Assembly: GCF_018350175.1 (NCBI RefSeq)
Contig: NC_058368.1
Coordinates: 200,014,001 to 200,078,000 of the forward strand
DNA: 64,000 nucleotides
Source of the DNA: Felis catus
Taxonomy: Eukaryota
Direction: 5' to 3'
Below are positions 14,187 to 26,333 of the stretch, in pieces. The translations under genes and the position numbers were made by a program. The first letter of the stretch is position 1. Each line of letters opens with the position of its first letter. The notes under the pieces are model-generated. The model was not told the DNA's origin, made no database searches, and saw only the letters and a program-made list of their open reading frames with translations.

Positions 14187-14912
14187 CTGAAGGAATTTGG
14201 ACCGGTTTTCCAGGAGCACTTTGTTGTCGGTCTTCACTGCTTGTTGAAACATGTAGTCGCAGAACTGCTCCCTCACGAATCCTGGGCTGGCCACCAGGAT
14301 GCACTTCACAACATCAAAGTTTATGTGGCGCTGGATACCCTGGACCACCTGTTCGTAGAATCGCTCCAAGGCCCGGTCATGCTGGGAACAGTTGCCTTTC
14401 CGTTTCCTAGGGATGTTCACCTCCACCTTGGCCCGAGTGAGGGTCATGCTGGGAGTGACTAAGCAGATATGGGCGAGGCCTTCCTGCATGACCACAGCCG
14501 CCACATCTGCGCTCCAGGCTGGGTCACAGGCCTGCTCGATGCGCTCCAGAACCACACTGTCCCACTGTTTCTTGGCCAGCGTGAACTGGCGGTTGGGCTC
14601 CAGCTCGATGGTGTGGTAAGCCCCCATCTTGACATACTCATTCTCTTGGATGTTGGTCCCCTTAACCCGCAGCTGGCAGGCTTGAGAGTCAAAATCGATG
14701 GCCTCCACGCAGAGAGTGAGAGTAGTGCGGACCCGGTTGCTTCCTACGCTGCCCGTGGAGGACTCAGTCTGTACCTTGCGGATGGTGGAGGCACGCAAGC
14801 TGTCGCCCACCTGCACTAGATTGTAGGTGTGCCACATGTCCTCAGGTTCTTCGGGGACCAGGGTCACCTGGCCCGCATTGTCTTTCTCAATGTCCTTCCT
14901 CACGAGCTTCAT
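14187..14912 (-). CDS. PELO: Protein pelota homolog (Dom34/eRF1-family ribosome rescue factor), first coding exon, aa 1-242
   Basis: MKLVRKDIEKDNAGQVTLVPEEPEDMWHTYNL...SPGF...SKFLQ. ATG at 14912, 726 nt, ending CAG|GTAAAA (donor at 14186). Confidence 0.97.
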
Positions 14913-15350
14913 GACTTTGGCGGGGATTCGCAGGCAGAACAAGAGGAAATGAGGGGGTCCCCGGTGGGAAAGGGGCAGGGAGGGAAAGGGAGTCTAGGCC
15001 GGGAAGGGGGCGGGGTCTGGTCCCTACAGCCCTGGCCTGACGGGAAGGAAATACTATAGTACCGACTCGAGCGGCCGAGGGGAACACTTACTCTAGCCCT
15101 TCTTTTCTTAGTTTCCGGGCGCACGGCACCACACCGGCGCGAGAGACACCGCAGCAAACGCAGTCTTCTCGGTTCCAGCCGCCAGCACGGACCCTGCAGC
15201 TGATGCAATGAGCGCGCATGCGTAGCCCGCGTCCCGCCTCCCGGCGCACGTTTTACGTCCCCAAAGTGGAGGCGGGGTGGGGGTGGGGAAATCACAGTTC
15301 GCGCGGGCGCAGGCGCACTAAGCGTGAAGCGCGTCCGAGGACTAAACCGA
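14250..15350. promoter_or_regulatory. PELO CpG island / proximal promoter (GC boxes, NRF1-like, ETS-like and C/EBP-ATF motifs)
   Basis: Dense CpG and high GC against an AT-rich background. GGGGCGGGG 15007-15015, TTTCCGG ~15112, TGATGCAAT 15201-15209, CGCGCATGCG 15213-15222. Confidence 0.85.
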
Positions 15351-17106
15351 CAGAGGAAAGTGGTTAGAATCTTTGGTGGCAGGTCGTTTAATGCTGAACT
15401 TGGACCTCCTAAGTTTTCTCTTCCACAACTGTTTGTGCAGAATCTGAGGAATATGTAGTTCAAATTATTTTTTTCAGCTGCGTGCAACTGCCACTGAACA
15501 CCTTCTCTTCCCCGGGTAAATCCAGTGTTAAAACTTGACTAAAAGTAAAAGGAATTCTCAAAAGTGCAGACTTGGCCCCACAGTCCTAAAATGTGCTCGG
15601 CTTTGCACCTGCCTTATCCGCACTCAAGCGCTGCACGCCTTTTGGAGCTGGTATTTCCAGAAGCGGTTTCTAAGAACGACTGGTCACGGTGGGTGTGGGC
15701 TCAGAGCAACGTGCCCAGCTGTTTTCTGCGCTTAGTTACCGTGTCTGCATGATCTGACTAACCCAGATGTTAAAGCACTGACCCCACACAGAGAAGAAAC
15801 CATCCGTGGAATTTACCCCTGGGTGGACCTCTCAGTTGCTTGTCCCGATGTCCTGGGAATCCCAGGTTCCAAAATTGGCAGTCTCCGCTTTCTGCAGCTC
15901 AATAGCCCGTGAAATGTTTAGGTTAGGGATTGGGTCGCAAAAGCTTAGGGCGGGATCATCACGGCCAAAGCTGAGAATATGGGAAGTGGGGAAAATCTGA
16001 TGTAGTAGGACCAACACGACCGAAAGGCTATGGAATTTATTTTAAAGAAAATCCTTAAATCACACAGCATTTTTATGGTGTGGGGGTGTTGAGAATTGGG
16101 GACTGCTTCTTAACAAGATCAGTAAATAGAAAAAGCCCATCAGATTTTCTTGAGGGTTAAGGTGGGGTGGAGAGCAGAGGAGTCCTACCATATATCTTCC
16201 CATTCTCTTTCTTAACTTGTGTATGGTACTGAAAGGGAAGCTTGAACTGGTGAGACCAGGATGAAAGAGAGGAATCTGACTCTGGCACAAGTCTTGAATT
16301 TCACATCTCAGTTATCTTCCTCAGAGATTCTGAGGGGACACAAAATTCCCCTCTACAGCTCTAGTACAAATTAAGAGTCATTGTTTTTGTGGCCTCTCCT
16401 CTTCCTCTCTGTTCTTACCTCCTTTCCCTCTTCCTTTCACACCTTCCTGTCATAGTGAGTGCCCTCACAGTTTCTAACTCAGACTTCCTTCTTCCACTTC
16501 CAAGTAAACCCAGTGACTTTTGAGTGAGTAAGGAACTGATCACACTAAAGTGTAAAGATGGCTTGCCTCGCTCCAACGGAGATTTCCTAACTAGGAGAGA
16601 GATAAATACTTTGAGTTGCTCCTTGATCACCTTTCTAAGTACAATTTACCTCTCTCTAAAGTCTGCCAAAGATTAAAAACCACAGAATCACAGTGGCAGG
16701 CATACCGTAGGACCTTAATAAATGTTAAGTTTTTAATGAAGAGCTATCATTTATTGAATATTCACCAGGTACTTTCCTATATACTCTTCTAATCTTCATC
16801 TATAAATATTTGTTATCCTCATTTTGTAGATTAAGAAAATGAATTACAGAGACATAAAGAAATGTATTCAAGATCACATAACCAGCTTTTAAATTCAGAC
16901 ATGCTTAACTCCCCATCCTCTCCTCTGTTCAGTGGTGCAAGATTATATATATTATGGATGCTTGAAATCTCTGCAACCATAAGTTATGTGCTGTCATCCA
17001 CTGCCACTTCCCCTTAATTGTCACCTTTACCAGTTAAAGACCCACAGCTTAGGAAACAACTGAGAGGATTTGAAAGGCATCAGTCCCTTCCTTGCTTCTA
17101 TTACTA

Positions 17107-17110
17107 AAAA

Positions 17111-17144
<34 letters not shown>
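17107..17144. repeat. A-run followed by (AT)n microsatellite
   Basis: Directly visible. Confidence 0.9.
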
Positions 17145-17150
<6 letters not shown>

Positions 17151-17827
17151 TCTTCTGCTCAACATACTTTTCCTTCTGCCCAGCCTAGGTCACCATTATA
17201 ATCCTTGAGAAAAATCCAGTGTTCTACTTAAGGAAAATACGCGTATATTTCTACATTTAAAAACTGTAGGAAACCCACACTGACTGCTAATTCTGTGGTT
17301 ATTTTAAAGAGTTTATTTAAATTATGAGGCAAACTGCTTTGGGGTGTCTTTTTAAACATAAACTTGCTTCAGTGAATATACTACAAAATTTTTCATAGAA
17401 TTATTATTTGATCTGAAATTGAATTATTTTTTAGTAACTGGAGCTTACTTTTGAATGATCAGATGTTTTCTCTCAGGCTTTGTGTTGTAACTTAGTATTT
17501 CCAGATTAATCATTACATTTTTATTTTGAATTATTTAGAATTCTCATTCCCTACTAATTAAAACCCAATTCTGTGATGTTCAGGGCCTCCATGATTTGGC
17601 TTTACAAGCTTTATTTTCCACTTGCCCCCTCCAGCACCCTATATTCCACCACAGGAGTAATTTTTGTTCCCCATACACCCTGGGAACTGTCTACTTTGCT
17701 GCCCTTAACTCATGATGTTCTCTATTTAAAATGTCACTGCTTCTCAGTCCTTCCTTCATAAATACTACTTCTTTTTTAAGACCAGCTTAAATGTTTCCTC
17801 ACATTTGAAAACCTGCATATGTAAATA

Positions 17828-18038
17828 TTTTTAATATTTTTTAAATGTTTATTTATCTTTGAGAGAGAGACCTAGTGTAAGTGGGGGCGGGGTAGAGAGG
17901 GAAACACAGAATCCAAAGCAGGCTCCAGGCTCTGGGCTGTCTGCACAGAGGCTGAAGTGGGTCTTGAACCCTCGAACCGAGACATCATGACCCGAGCTGA
18001 AGTCGGACGCTCAACCGACTGAGTCACCCAGGCGCCCC
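17828..18038 (-). mobile_element. Can-SINE
   Basis: Reverse-oriented body ending caggcgcccc; degraded TSD aaaacc(a)tgcatat. Confidence 0.9.
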
Positions 18039-19750
18039 TAAAACCATGCATATAGTAATTGGAATACCTATCTTTTCTTTCTTGTTGAACTCTGAGTAGA
18101 TTAATCCTTTTACTCCTCCACTGACCCTTGAAAAGTCCCTGGCACATAGTAGGCACTTATACATGGATAATAACCTGAGTGGATCAGATGTGAAGTGTGG
18201 CAGCTATATGAACATTATCACAGACAGTTCTTAAGGCATGAAATTGTAATTAACGATAGTTCACTTAACCTAATAATGATATATAAAAAGTAATTCCTCT
18301 TATTTTAAAGCTGTTGTAGTTACAGCAGTTAAGTAATATATAGCAGTATATGGTATTTTCATTTTTTTACCAAAATATGCAAAATCATGAGAAAAAAACA
18401 TTTACCTTTGTTACTTTAAATTCTAATTTTATATTTATTGGCTTTTTGAAAATAGAAACCTTTATATCAGCAACTTTATATCTATTTTTTTCTATTTATA
18501 TTAATCTCTCTAGAATAAAAAAAAAGTTTTCAATTTGTTGTTTTTGATGTAATTCCAGTGTCTCAGAAAGAGAACTGGGCTAGAAGTCAAACATCCTGGA
18601 TTGTAATTCTTACCCTGTCAATTGTTTTTCTCTTAACTTTTGGCAGCCCTCAGTGTCTTAGAAACTCAAGTTTCTTTTTCTTAAGAATTGAGGGCATTGA
18701 ATTCAATAATTAAAATTGTCTTAATTGTAAAGATTATGCTGCAAAAATGTTTAAAAAACTGAAACAGTACTCATAATCTCACTCTATCACATTTATATTC
18801 ATTTTTGCATAGTACCTTTTGAATTTGATTCTTTCTAAGGCCCACTGTAGTGGTAAAAGATCAATACCAAGTTTAATCCTTGCACACCAAGAGGTGGCAG
18901 ACAGGAGTCATGATCTTTCTAGTAGGTTATAACAACTTTAGATAAGGCCCCTAACTTACAAACCTGAACTTTTCAGTCTAAATTGTAAGTAAGATTATTG
19001 GTCCTGCCTCTCTTATTTGATAACCCTTATAAGATTCTAATGAGATTATGACACTTGTTAACTGTAGAGTTGTATAAACATGTGAGATATATGGTAAATC
19101 TCCAAGAATGCCTGACCTGAAGCTAGAAATCTGGATCAGACATAGCAAGGATCAAGGGCTCACTTTAACATGATCATACTCAGTCTTGGAAAAATAACTG
19201 GTTTAGTAAAGCTGACTGATGAATCATCTGTTGGGTACCACTATTTATACTAGTATCCCTTCTGCAGGGAAACCTTAGGTCACTCCTACTGCATGAGTTC
19301 ATGCACTTCATTGGTGAATTGGATTACAGTCCTTCTTCCCATTATAATAGTATGTTAGAATGCTAGAAATGGTTTGATGACAGCTGCAGGGCTAATGGGT
19401 TCCTGAGGATGGATTTCTTATTTGGATACCCTGGGCTTAGCACAGTATAAGGGCTGTATAATTGTTCTTGTTTCCTGTATTCTGCTTACAGCACCATGGA
19501 GGCTCTTCCCATCATTGCTTTCTTGCTTGTCTATTGCCTTTTTCAGAGAGTGAACTTCTTTAAGGACAGAGACTACCTTTTATTTGCCTGTGTTCCTGAA
19601 ACTCAGCACAGCAACTGTTACATAATCATAGTTATTATATGAAAGAATATGTGATCATTAGTTCTCCTTTAATACAGAGTTTTTAACTTGTCTATCTTTG
19701 GTGTCTTAAAATTATGAAAACATTCTGTTTTATAATGTTACTATAATTTT

Positions 19751-19963
19751 AATTTTTTTAAATGTTTATTTATTTTTGAGACAGAGAGAGACAGAGCATG
19801 AATAGGGGAGGGGCAGAGAGAGAGGGAGACACAGAATCTGAAATGGGCTCCAGGCTCTGAGCTGTCAGCACAGAGCCCAACGCGGGGCTCGAACTCACAG
19901 ACCGTGAGATCATGACCTGAGCCGAAGTCGGACGCTTAACCGACTGAGCCACCCAGGCGCCCC
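19751..19963 (-). mobile_element. Can-SINE (SINEC_Fc)
   Basis: Full body; TSD aatgttactataatttt (19734-19750, 19964-19980). Confidence 0.95.
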
Positions 19964-20650
19964 AATGTTACTATAATTTTAAAGAGAAGATTATTCTTAA
20001 GGTAAGTTTCTAAAAACCTACTTCAATTTTTGAGATACCCATGCTTTGGTAAGAAAATGATTATTTTAAACACATCATACTGAGGAAAAGATCTTAAAAT
20101 GTAAATAATATATAATAACAGTTTTATTATGCATGTTTAGAAAATGATCTTTTCAGAGTAAACCAGAGCTCTGATTATGAATATCTAATAATAAATGCAA
20201 TCATTTACATAAGGAGAATGTGCTAACCTGGGATTGTACAGAGATGCCCATGTGACCTCCACAAGCAAAGCTAAGAGGACAACTGGGAGAAGTATTCAGC
20301 TAATTCAGGCAAAAGGGGAAAAGGGAAAGTTTTTGGTTTGTTTGTTTGTTTGTTTTGAAGGAACTTTTACGCAGTTACTGTCTAAAGTTCCTATGATTAA
20401 AAGCAGTTACTTGCAGTTGTCACAAAATAATATAAAACCTCCTACCAGATAAGCAAAAATCTTATCAACAAAAGCCTCCATGAGGGGTGTGTTTCTGTTT
20501 GTATGTATACCTATACAAGATCATTTTATGAAAAATATAACAATAAAATGTACAATTTTAAAGACTGGTCAGTATCCATGTGTTTTCAAACTTTAGTATT
20601 TGGCAAACTAAAATTATACCTAACAAAATGATTTTGAAAGTATACAGTAG

Positions 20651-20864
20651 GGGGTGTCTGTGTGGCTCAGTTGGTTGAATGTCTGACTTTGGCTCAGGTC
20701 ATGATCTCACGGTTCATGAGTTCAAGCCCCCCGTGCTGGGCTCTGTGCTGACAGTTCAAACTGGAGCCTGCTTCAGATTCTGTGTCTCCCTGTCTCTCTG
20801 CGCCTCCCCTGCTCATGCTGACTCTCTCTCTCTCTCTCAAAAATAAATAAACATTAAAAAAAAA
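20651..20864 (+). mobile_element. Can-SINE
   Basis: Head ggggtgtctgtgtggctcag, (CT)n, A tail. Confidence 0.9.
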
Positions 20865-20922
20865 GGACACTGTAATTTGTTAGGAGTATAGGATTTATAA
20901 TAAAATATGTGGTTCATTAATC

Positions 20923-21156
20923 TTTTTTTATTTAAAAATTTTTTAAATGTTTATTTCATTTTTGAGAGAGAGACAGAGACAGAGAGACAGAGTGCAAGCG
21001 GGGGAGGGGCAGAGAGAGAGGGAGACAGAATCCAAAGCAGGCTCCAGGCTCTGAGCTGTCAGCACAGAGCCCTATGTGGGGCTCAAACTCACAAACTGTA
21101 AGAACATGACCTGAGCTGAAGTCAGATGCTTACCGACTGAGCCATTCAGGTGCCCC
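20923..21156 (-). mobile_element. Can-SINE, tail-to-tail with the previous copy
   Basis: Reverse body ending caggtgcccc. Confidence 0.9.
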
Positions 21157-21791
21157 CCCATTAACCTTAATCATTTGATGTTCTAATGTGAGTTAGATAT
21201 CCTATTCAAATTTAAGAATTTGCATTTATTACAGCAGATCCCATATAATTCATGCAAAAAGCATATGTTGTCACCCCTTTTAATATTTGAATTACAATGA
21301 TTTTTCAAATTAGATTTCTCATTTGTTGTATTTATAGAGATCTGTTTGGATAAAACAATATTAATGTTTTTGCACATAAAGTAAATTCTTAACACCAACC
21401 AGTGCATGTATTTTAATCTCCTTTTAAGACTTACTTGACTTTTTAATCTTCCTTTTAAATTACAGAAGGCATTAGATAAAAATCAAGTCCCTTCATATCT
21501 GTGTTAGCCCTAGCGCTAACCACCAATATGACAAAAATTTAGGGTTTGCCAAAACTAGTCATTGATCCTATGCAGCTGGATCAATGTTTACTTTATTGTC
21601 ACCTTTCTCCTGAGGGAGAGTATTCAGAGGAAGCTCAGTTCTTAGGATCTGGTGAGGCTACTGATGCCAGAGGAGCAATTATCCCTTGCATCAGATAGAA
21701 AAGAACTAAGAAGAGGGACAATGTTCATATCTTTGTATCCAAAAGGAGTGTCATTTGTATCCAGGAGTATTTTTGAAATTTTATGATACAG

Positions 21792-22015
21792 TTTTTTTTT
21801 TAATTTTTTTTAACGTTTTTATTTATTTTTGAGACAGAGAGAGACAGAGCATGAAAGGGGGAGGGTCAGAGAGAGAGGAAGACATAGAATCAGAAACAGG
21901 ATCCAGGCTCTGAGCCATCAGCCCAGAGCCTGACGCCGGGTTCGAACTCACGGACCGCGAGATCGTGACCTGGCTGAAGTCGGACGCTTAACCGACTGCG
22001 CCACGCAGGCGCCCC
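21792..22015 (-). mobile_element. Young Can-SINE (SINEC_Fc, CpG-rich)
   Basis: Diagnostic gccatcagccca / gatcgtgacctggctgaag; TSD gatacagttttt. Confidence 0.95.
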
Positions 22016-22074
22016 GATACAGTTTTTAAAAATACGATGAAATGTGATAGAAAATCACCATGTAGATTTACTGT

Positions 22075-22250
22075 TTGTTATTTTTGTGATTTTCAGATGC
22101 ACATTTTCCCACTTTTCAACATCTCTGAAACTAGTAGGCATCTAACAATCTAATGATTATAATTGGAATGGCAGCACTTTTATTTCTCAGTAGTGCATAA
22201 AATAATTGTGCATCATTCAATTGATGGTGTCTTTTATTCAGTTAGATATA
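22075..22250. mobile_element. MER104-like (Tc2/Kanga-related) DNA transposon relic
   Basis: gatgcacattttcccacttttcaacatctctgaaa...ggcagcacttttatttctcagtagtgcataaaataattgtgcatc...gatggtgtctt resembles the MER104 consensus as I recall it. Confidence 0.6.
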
Positions 22251-23370
22251 AATGTGGGTAGATATTCCAGGTAAGGACATATGCATCAAAAAGACACAAT
22301 CTGATCTTTTAAGTATTTTATGGCTTTGTCTATAGTCTATTCAATAACAGATTTCAAGTGCCTATTATTTTAGATGGTAAGGATAATGAAGAGTCTACCC
22401 TCATAGAGCATATAGCAAGCTGGGAAGACAGACAGTCAGATATTTAATTACCCTATCATGTAGTATGTTATAGAAGCACCAGGGGCTTACATGTTTCTGG
22501 TAGAGGGCGACCTATATACTCCAGTGGGTTTCTTGGCAATGACATTCATGTGGGGACTTGAGGTTAGCAAGCAGTGTGAGTAACTGCTTATGCAAAGGCC
22601 TGGAGACTTCAGAGGAGTTGGCACAACGGAAGAGCTAAAAGAGATTCAGTAATCTTGACAGGAATATATTCAGCTCATTTACATCTCTTGATACTCTTCT
22701 GTACTTGCTTTGAGAGTGAATACAATTCTCCAGTCACAGAGCACTCTGGATAGGCAGTATATTCTGATTTGAGCATTGTGGCAACAATTCCAAATATCTT
22801 TCATCTCAATTTTATAACATGAATTCAAATACACTATTTTGTGTTTCATACAACAGAAGGATTGTGTAGGTAAAGAATAGCACTTTGATCCCTAATTTTC
22901 TGAATATGTTTTAAACATGAGCTATTTTATGAAGTATTTTAAAGAGAATATGAAAATTTAGCAAGTTCTAAATCTAATGAGAAGTTTTTGGGGTTTGAGG
23001 TGGAGGCACATATGCAGAGGAGCATCCATCTGAGGAGGTAAAATCAATAGTTATCAGCTGTGCCCAAGTTTATGCATCAAAAGAGCATCATGACAGCAGG
23101 GACGACAAATAGGCAAACCGGTGAAATGTGAAATATATATATATTTCACTCCTACTCTCAGTGCCTATGTATTAAACAAACACACGAACAAAAATCCTAT
23201 GAATGTATTGCTGCCTTTACTGATATCATAATGACTAAAGAGTTTCCCCGTGTTCAGTAATTCCTGACAGTCCACTGTGTGCCACTGGAGGTCATTTCTT
23301 TGTTATGAGTAAGTGTCTGATTTCCATGTTCAGCCGTCACCTCACTGGATTTCATACACACACATATATA

Positions 23371-23529
23371 TTTTTTTCTTTTTAGAGAGGGGAGGGGTGG
23401 GAAGGGAAAGAGGGAGAGAATCCCAAGCAGAGGATTAGACACAGAGCTAGATTCTACGACTGACCACGAGATCATGACCTTAGCCAAAATCAAGAGTCAG
23501 ACACTTCTAATGAGCCACTCAGGTGCCTC
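23371..23529 (-). mobile_element. Can-SINE (older, diverged)
   Basis: gagaatcccaagcag...gagatcatgaccttagccaaaatcaagagtcag...caggtgcct. Confidence 0.8.
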
Positions 23530-24139
23530 TGGACTTCATTTTGAATAGGAAATCCTGACTGAAGAAAGTCACAAAGGAAGACACCTTGCTTTTAGGCTAA
23601 GTAAAATATTTCTAGGGTGGAGAGACATATAACTCACTTAGGCATCATTCTATATATTTTTAATATCCAGAGATAGTAGTCTTATTTGGGTTATGATTAA
23701 TGTAGGGTAGACATCATCTAATTTCACTGTATACCTAAAAGTCATGAAAATAACAGACTTGCATCATTGATTAGGCCCTTATGAAAGTCTTTTAGACAGG
23801 TATGCTTGGATTTAACATTTAGAGGGTTGAGCAAGAGGGAAATGGAGTTGCATTTAGATAGCCTGTATGGCATATTATCTCACAGCATGAGATCTGAGAT
23901 CAGAGATCAAAGCTGAGCACAGGCTTTGCCGTTTACTAGTTGTGTGACTTTGCACAAATTAATCTCTTAGCATTTTGGTTTCTTCATCTCCAATATATGG
24001 ATAATAGTTCTGAATTTTTTCCTGTTTCTCAGATTAAAATGAAATAATATATGCAACGTTTTTGGCACAAGGCCTCACACAGAATATGTTCTCAGTAAAT
24101 ATGTGCCTTTCAGCATTAAGTTGTGCCAGTTTTTCTCTG

Positions 24140-24580
24140 TTATTGTATGTCTTGATCTTTTTCCCCTGGAGGTTTAATTCTGCCATTTGGATATGGCCAA
24201 TGAAAGGTTGGGCAAGAAATGAGAGGGTGGGAGGAAAAGAAGGGGTATTCATTTCCCCTGCTCCCTCCTGGTGGGGCTTCAGTTTGGGCTCTAGCTGCAT
24301 TCCTCTTCCTATGCCCCAGCTCCTGTCCAACAGTCCCTCTCCCATAGCTAGAGTTCACAGTCAACCTGACAATGCTCCCTTTTCATGCCTAGGATTAGTA
24401 ATGGCTTTTCTTCCCACTGTTACTTCAGATGCTTTCTTCTCATTATTGTTTGTCCTTAGGTGCTCCACCATCTTTTGTCAGTTCCTTTAAATGCCTCTGT
24501 AAACAGTCCCTTTATTACACTTTCTTCAGTTAAATCCTTTATATGTGTCACCAGTTTTTGCTGGGACTTTGACATACATA
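24140..24580 (+). mobile_element. Ancient MaLR (MLT1-type) LTR fragment
   Basis: ggccaatgaaaggttgggcaagaaatgagaggg...aaacagtccctttattacactttcttca...gctgggactttgac resembles old MLT1 LTRs. Confidence 0.45.
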
Positions 24581-24707
24581 AAATAATAATCTGTTGACAA
24601 ATCATTTTAAAATATCGTTAAAAGCTAATACAAGACAATTCTTAATCCAATGGGAAGTTTATTGGGATGGTGGTGGTTTGTTGTGGTGATATAAGCCTAC
24701 ATTTGTA

Positions 24708-24893
24708 AATTTTTTTAATGCTTATTTACTTTTGAGAGACAGAGCATGAGTGGGGAAGGAGCAGAGACAGAGGGAGGCACAGAATCAGAAGGAGGCTCCA
24801 GACTCTGAGCTGTCAGCACAGAGTCCTGAACCTTCATATCATGACTTAGGCTGAAGTTGGAAGCTTAACCCACTAAGCCACCCCAGGCCCCCC
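24708..24893 (-). mobile_element. Can-SINE (internally deleted)
   Basis: Reverse body; degraded TSD aagcctacattt/aaacccacattt. Confidence 0.85.
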
Positions 24894-25122
24894 AAACCCA
24901 CATTTAGGTAGCCTACCTGGCATATTATTTCACAGCATGAGATTCAAGATCAGAGATCTAAGCTGAGCACAGGCTCAACAGGGGGTGGTGGAGGGAAAGG
25001 TGGAGTTCTCTTCCACATGCATAAAACAAGATCATATCCACAGTATCAAAATGAGCGTGAGGATTATGGAGAAAGTAAGGAAACGTGATTGGCTATCATG
25101 GGAAGTGTACATTTTGGGGTTT

Positions 25123-25615
25123 TGGTAGGCAGAATAATGGTCTCCCAAAGATGTCATGTCCTAATCCCTAGAACCTGTGAATGTTACCTTATATGGCGCA
25201 AAAGACTTGCCATGTGTGATTAAATTAAGGATCTCGAGACAGGGAGATTATCCTGCATTACGTAAGTGGGTCCAATGTAATTAGAAGGATCTTTATAAGA
25301 AAGACTCAACAGGGTCAGAGTCAGAGAAAGAAATGGATGATGAAGCAGTCAGAGAGAAAAATTTGAAGATGCTATACTGCTGGCTTTGAAGATGTAGGAT
25401 GGACCCACAAGCTAAGGAATGCAGGTGGCCTCTAGAAGCTGGAAAAGGCAAGGAAATGGATTTTCCCTGATAGCCTCCAGAAGACATGTAGCTCTGTCTG
25501 CACCTTGATTTTAGCCTAGAGATACTTCTTACAGAACTGTAAGATAGTAAATTTGTCTTATTTTAAACCAATTAATCTGTGGCAATTTGTTACAACAGAA
25601 ACAGGAAACCAATAC
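25123..25615 (+). mobile_element. MaLR solo LTR, MLT1C/D-like
   Basis: tggtaggcagaataatgg...gtcctaatccctagaacctgtgaatgttacctta...ctagaagctggaaaaggcaaggaaatggattttccc...tttgttacaacagaaacaggaaaccaatac. Confidence 0.85.
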
Positions 25616-26107
25616 GGGCGGAGTAGGAGAGAGAGGGTGCTGGATTAGAGCAGACCCTGAATGGTCAATTGAGAATTTTGGATTTTATCTGAAGACAATA
25701 AAGAACCATCAAAGTATTTTTGTTTGTTTGTTTTACTAAAGACTAAGATATAATGAAAATTACTTATTAGGAAGATAGATTAGAGGTTGGGTTCAGATTG
25801 GCAGCAAGAGCACTCCACAGGAGTGTGCACTGGTAGGGATGGTGATGAGACCCCAGGTTAGGTGTAGACTCCGAACTGACGAGAAGTTTCCAGGAAAGCT
25901 GACACTATGATGACTCACTGGAAGACCAGCAAAGGAGAGGAAGAAGTCAAATTTCAGATCCTTGTAAAATGGGCATATTATAGCACATATGAGGAACTGA
26001 CTGATTCTGACACAATAAATTCTAATTTAAATATGATTGAATTTTAGGTACATGCACATATACACATACACAAAAAGGACTTAAGTATTATAATTTAGAA
26101 ATACCTA

Positions 26108-26333
26108 GGGGCGCCTGGGTGGCTCAGTCAGTTAAGCGTCCGACTTCGGCTCAGGTCATGATCTTGCGTTCTGGTCTGTGAGTTCAAGCCCCACGTCGGG
26201 CTCTGTGCTGACAGCTCAGAGCCCAGAGCCTGCTTTGGATTCTGTGTCTCCCTCTCTCTCTGCCTCCCTCCCCCCCCCCGCCTCATGCTCTGTCTCTCTC
26301 TTTCTCTGTCAAAAATAAATAAACTTTAAAAAA
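26108..26333 (+). mobile_element. Can-SINE
   Basis: Full head and tail; TSD-like tttagaaata(c/t)ct. Confidence 0.92.

Noticed and set aside
13502..14819. Antisense and alternate-frame ORFs overlapping PELO
   Set aside because: Expected shadows of GC-rich coding sequence with no recognisable protein features.
14913..14942. 10-aa N-terminal extension of PELO in the ORF track (MFCLRIPAKV)
   Set aside because: It starts at TTG; the conserved protein begins MKLV at the ATG at 14912.
15400..16100. Possible divergent/antisense lncRNA from the PELO or ITGA1 CpG islands
   Set aside because: Plausible for CpG-island promoters, but no exon structure can be supported from sequence alone.
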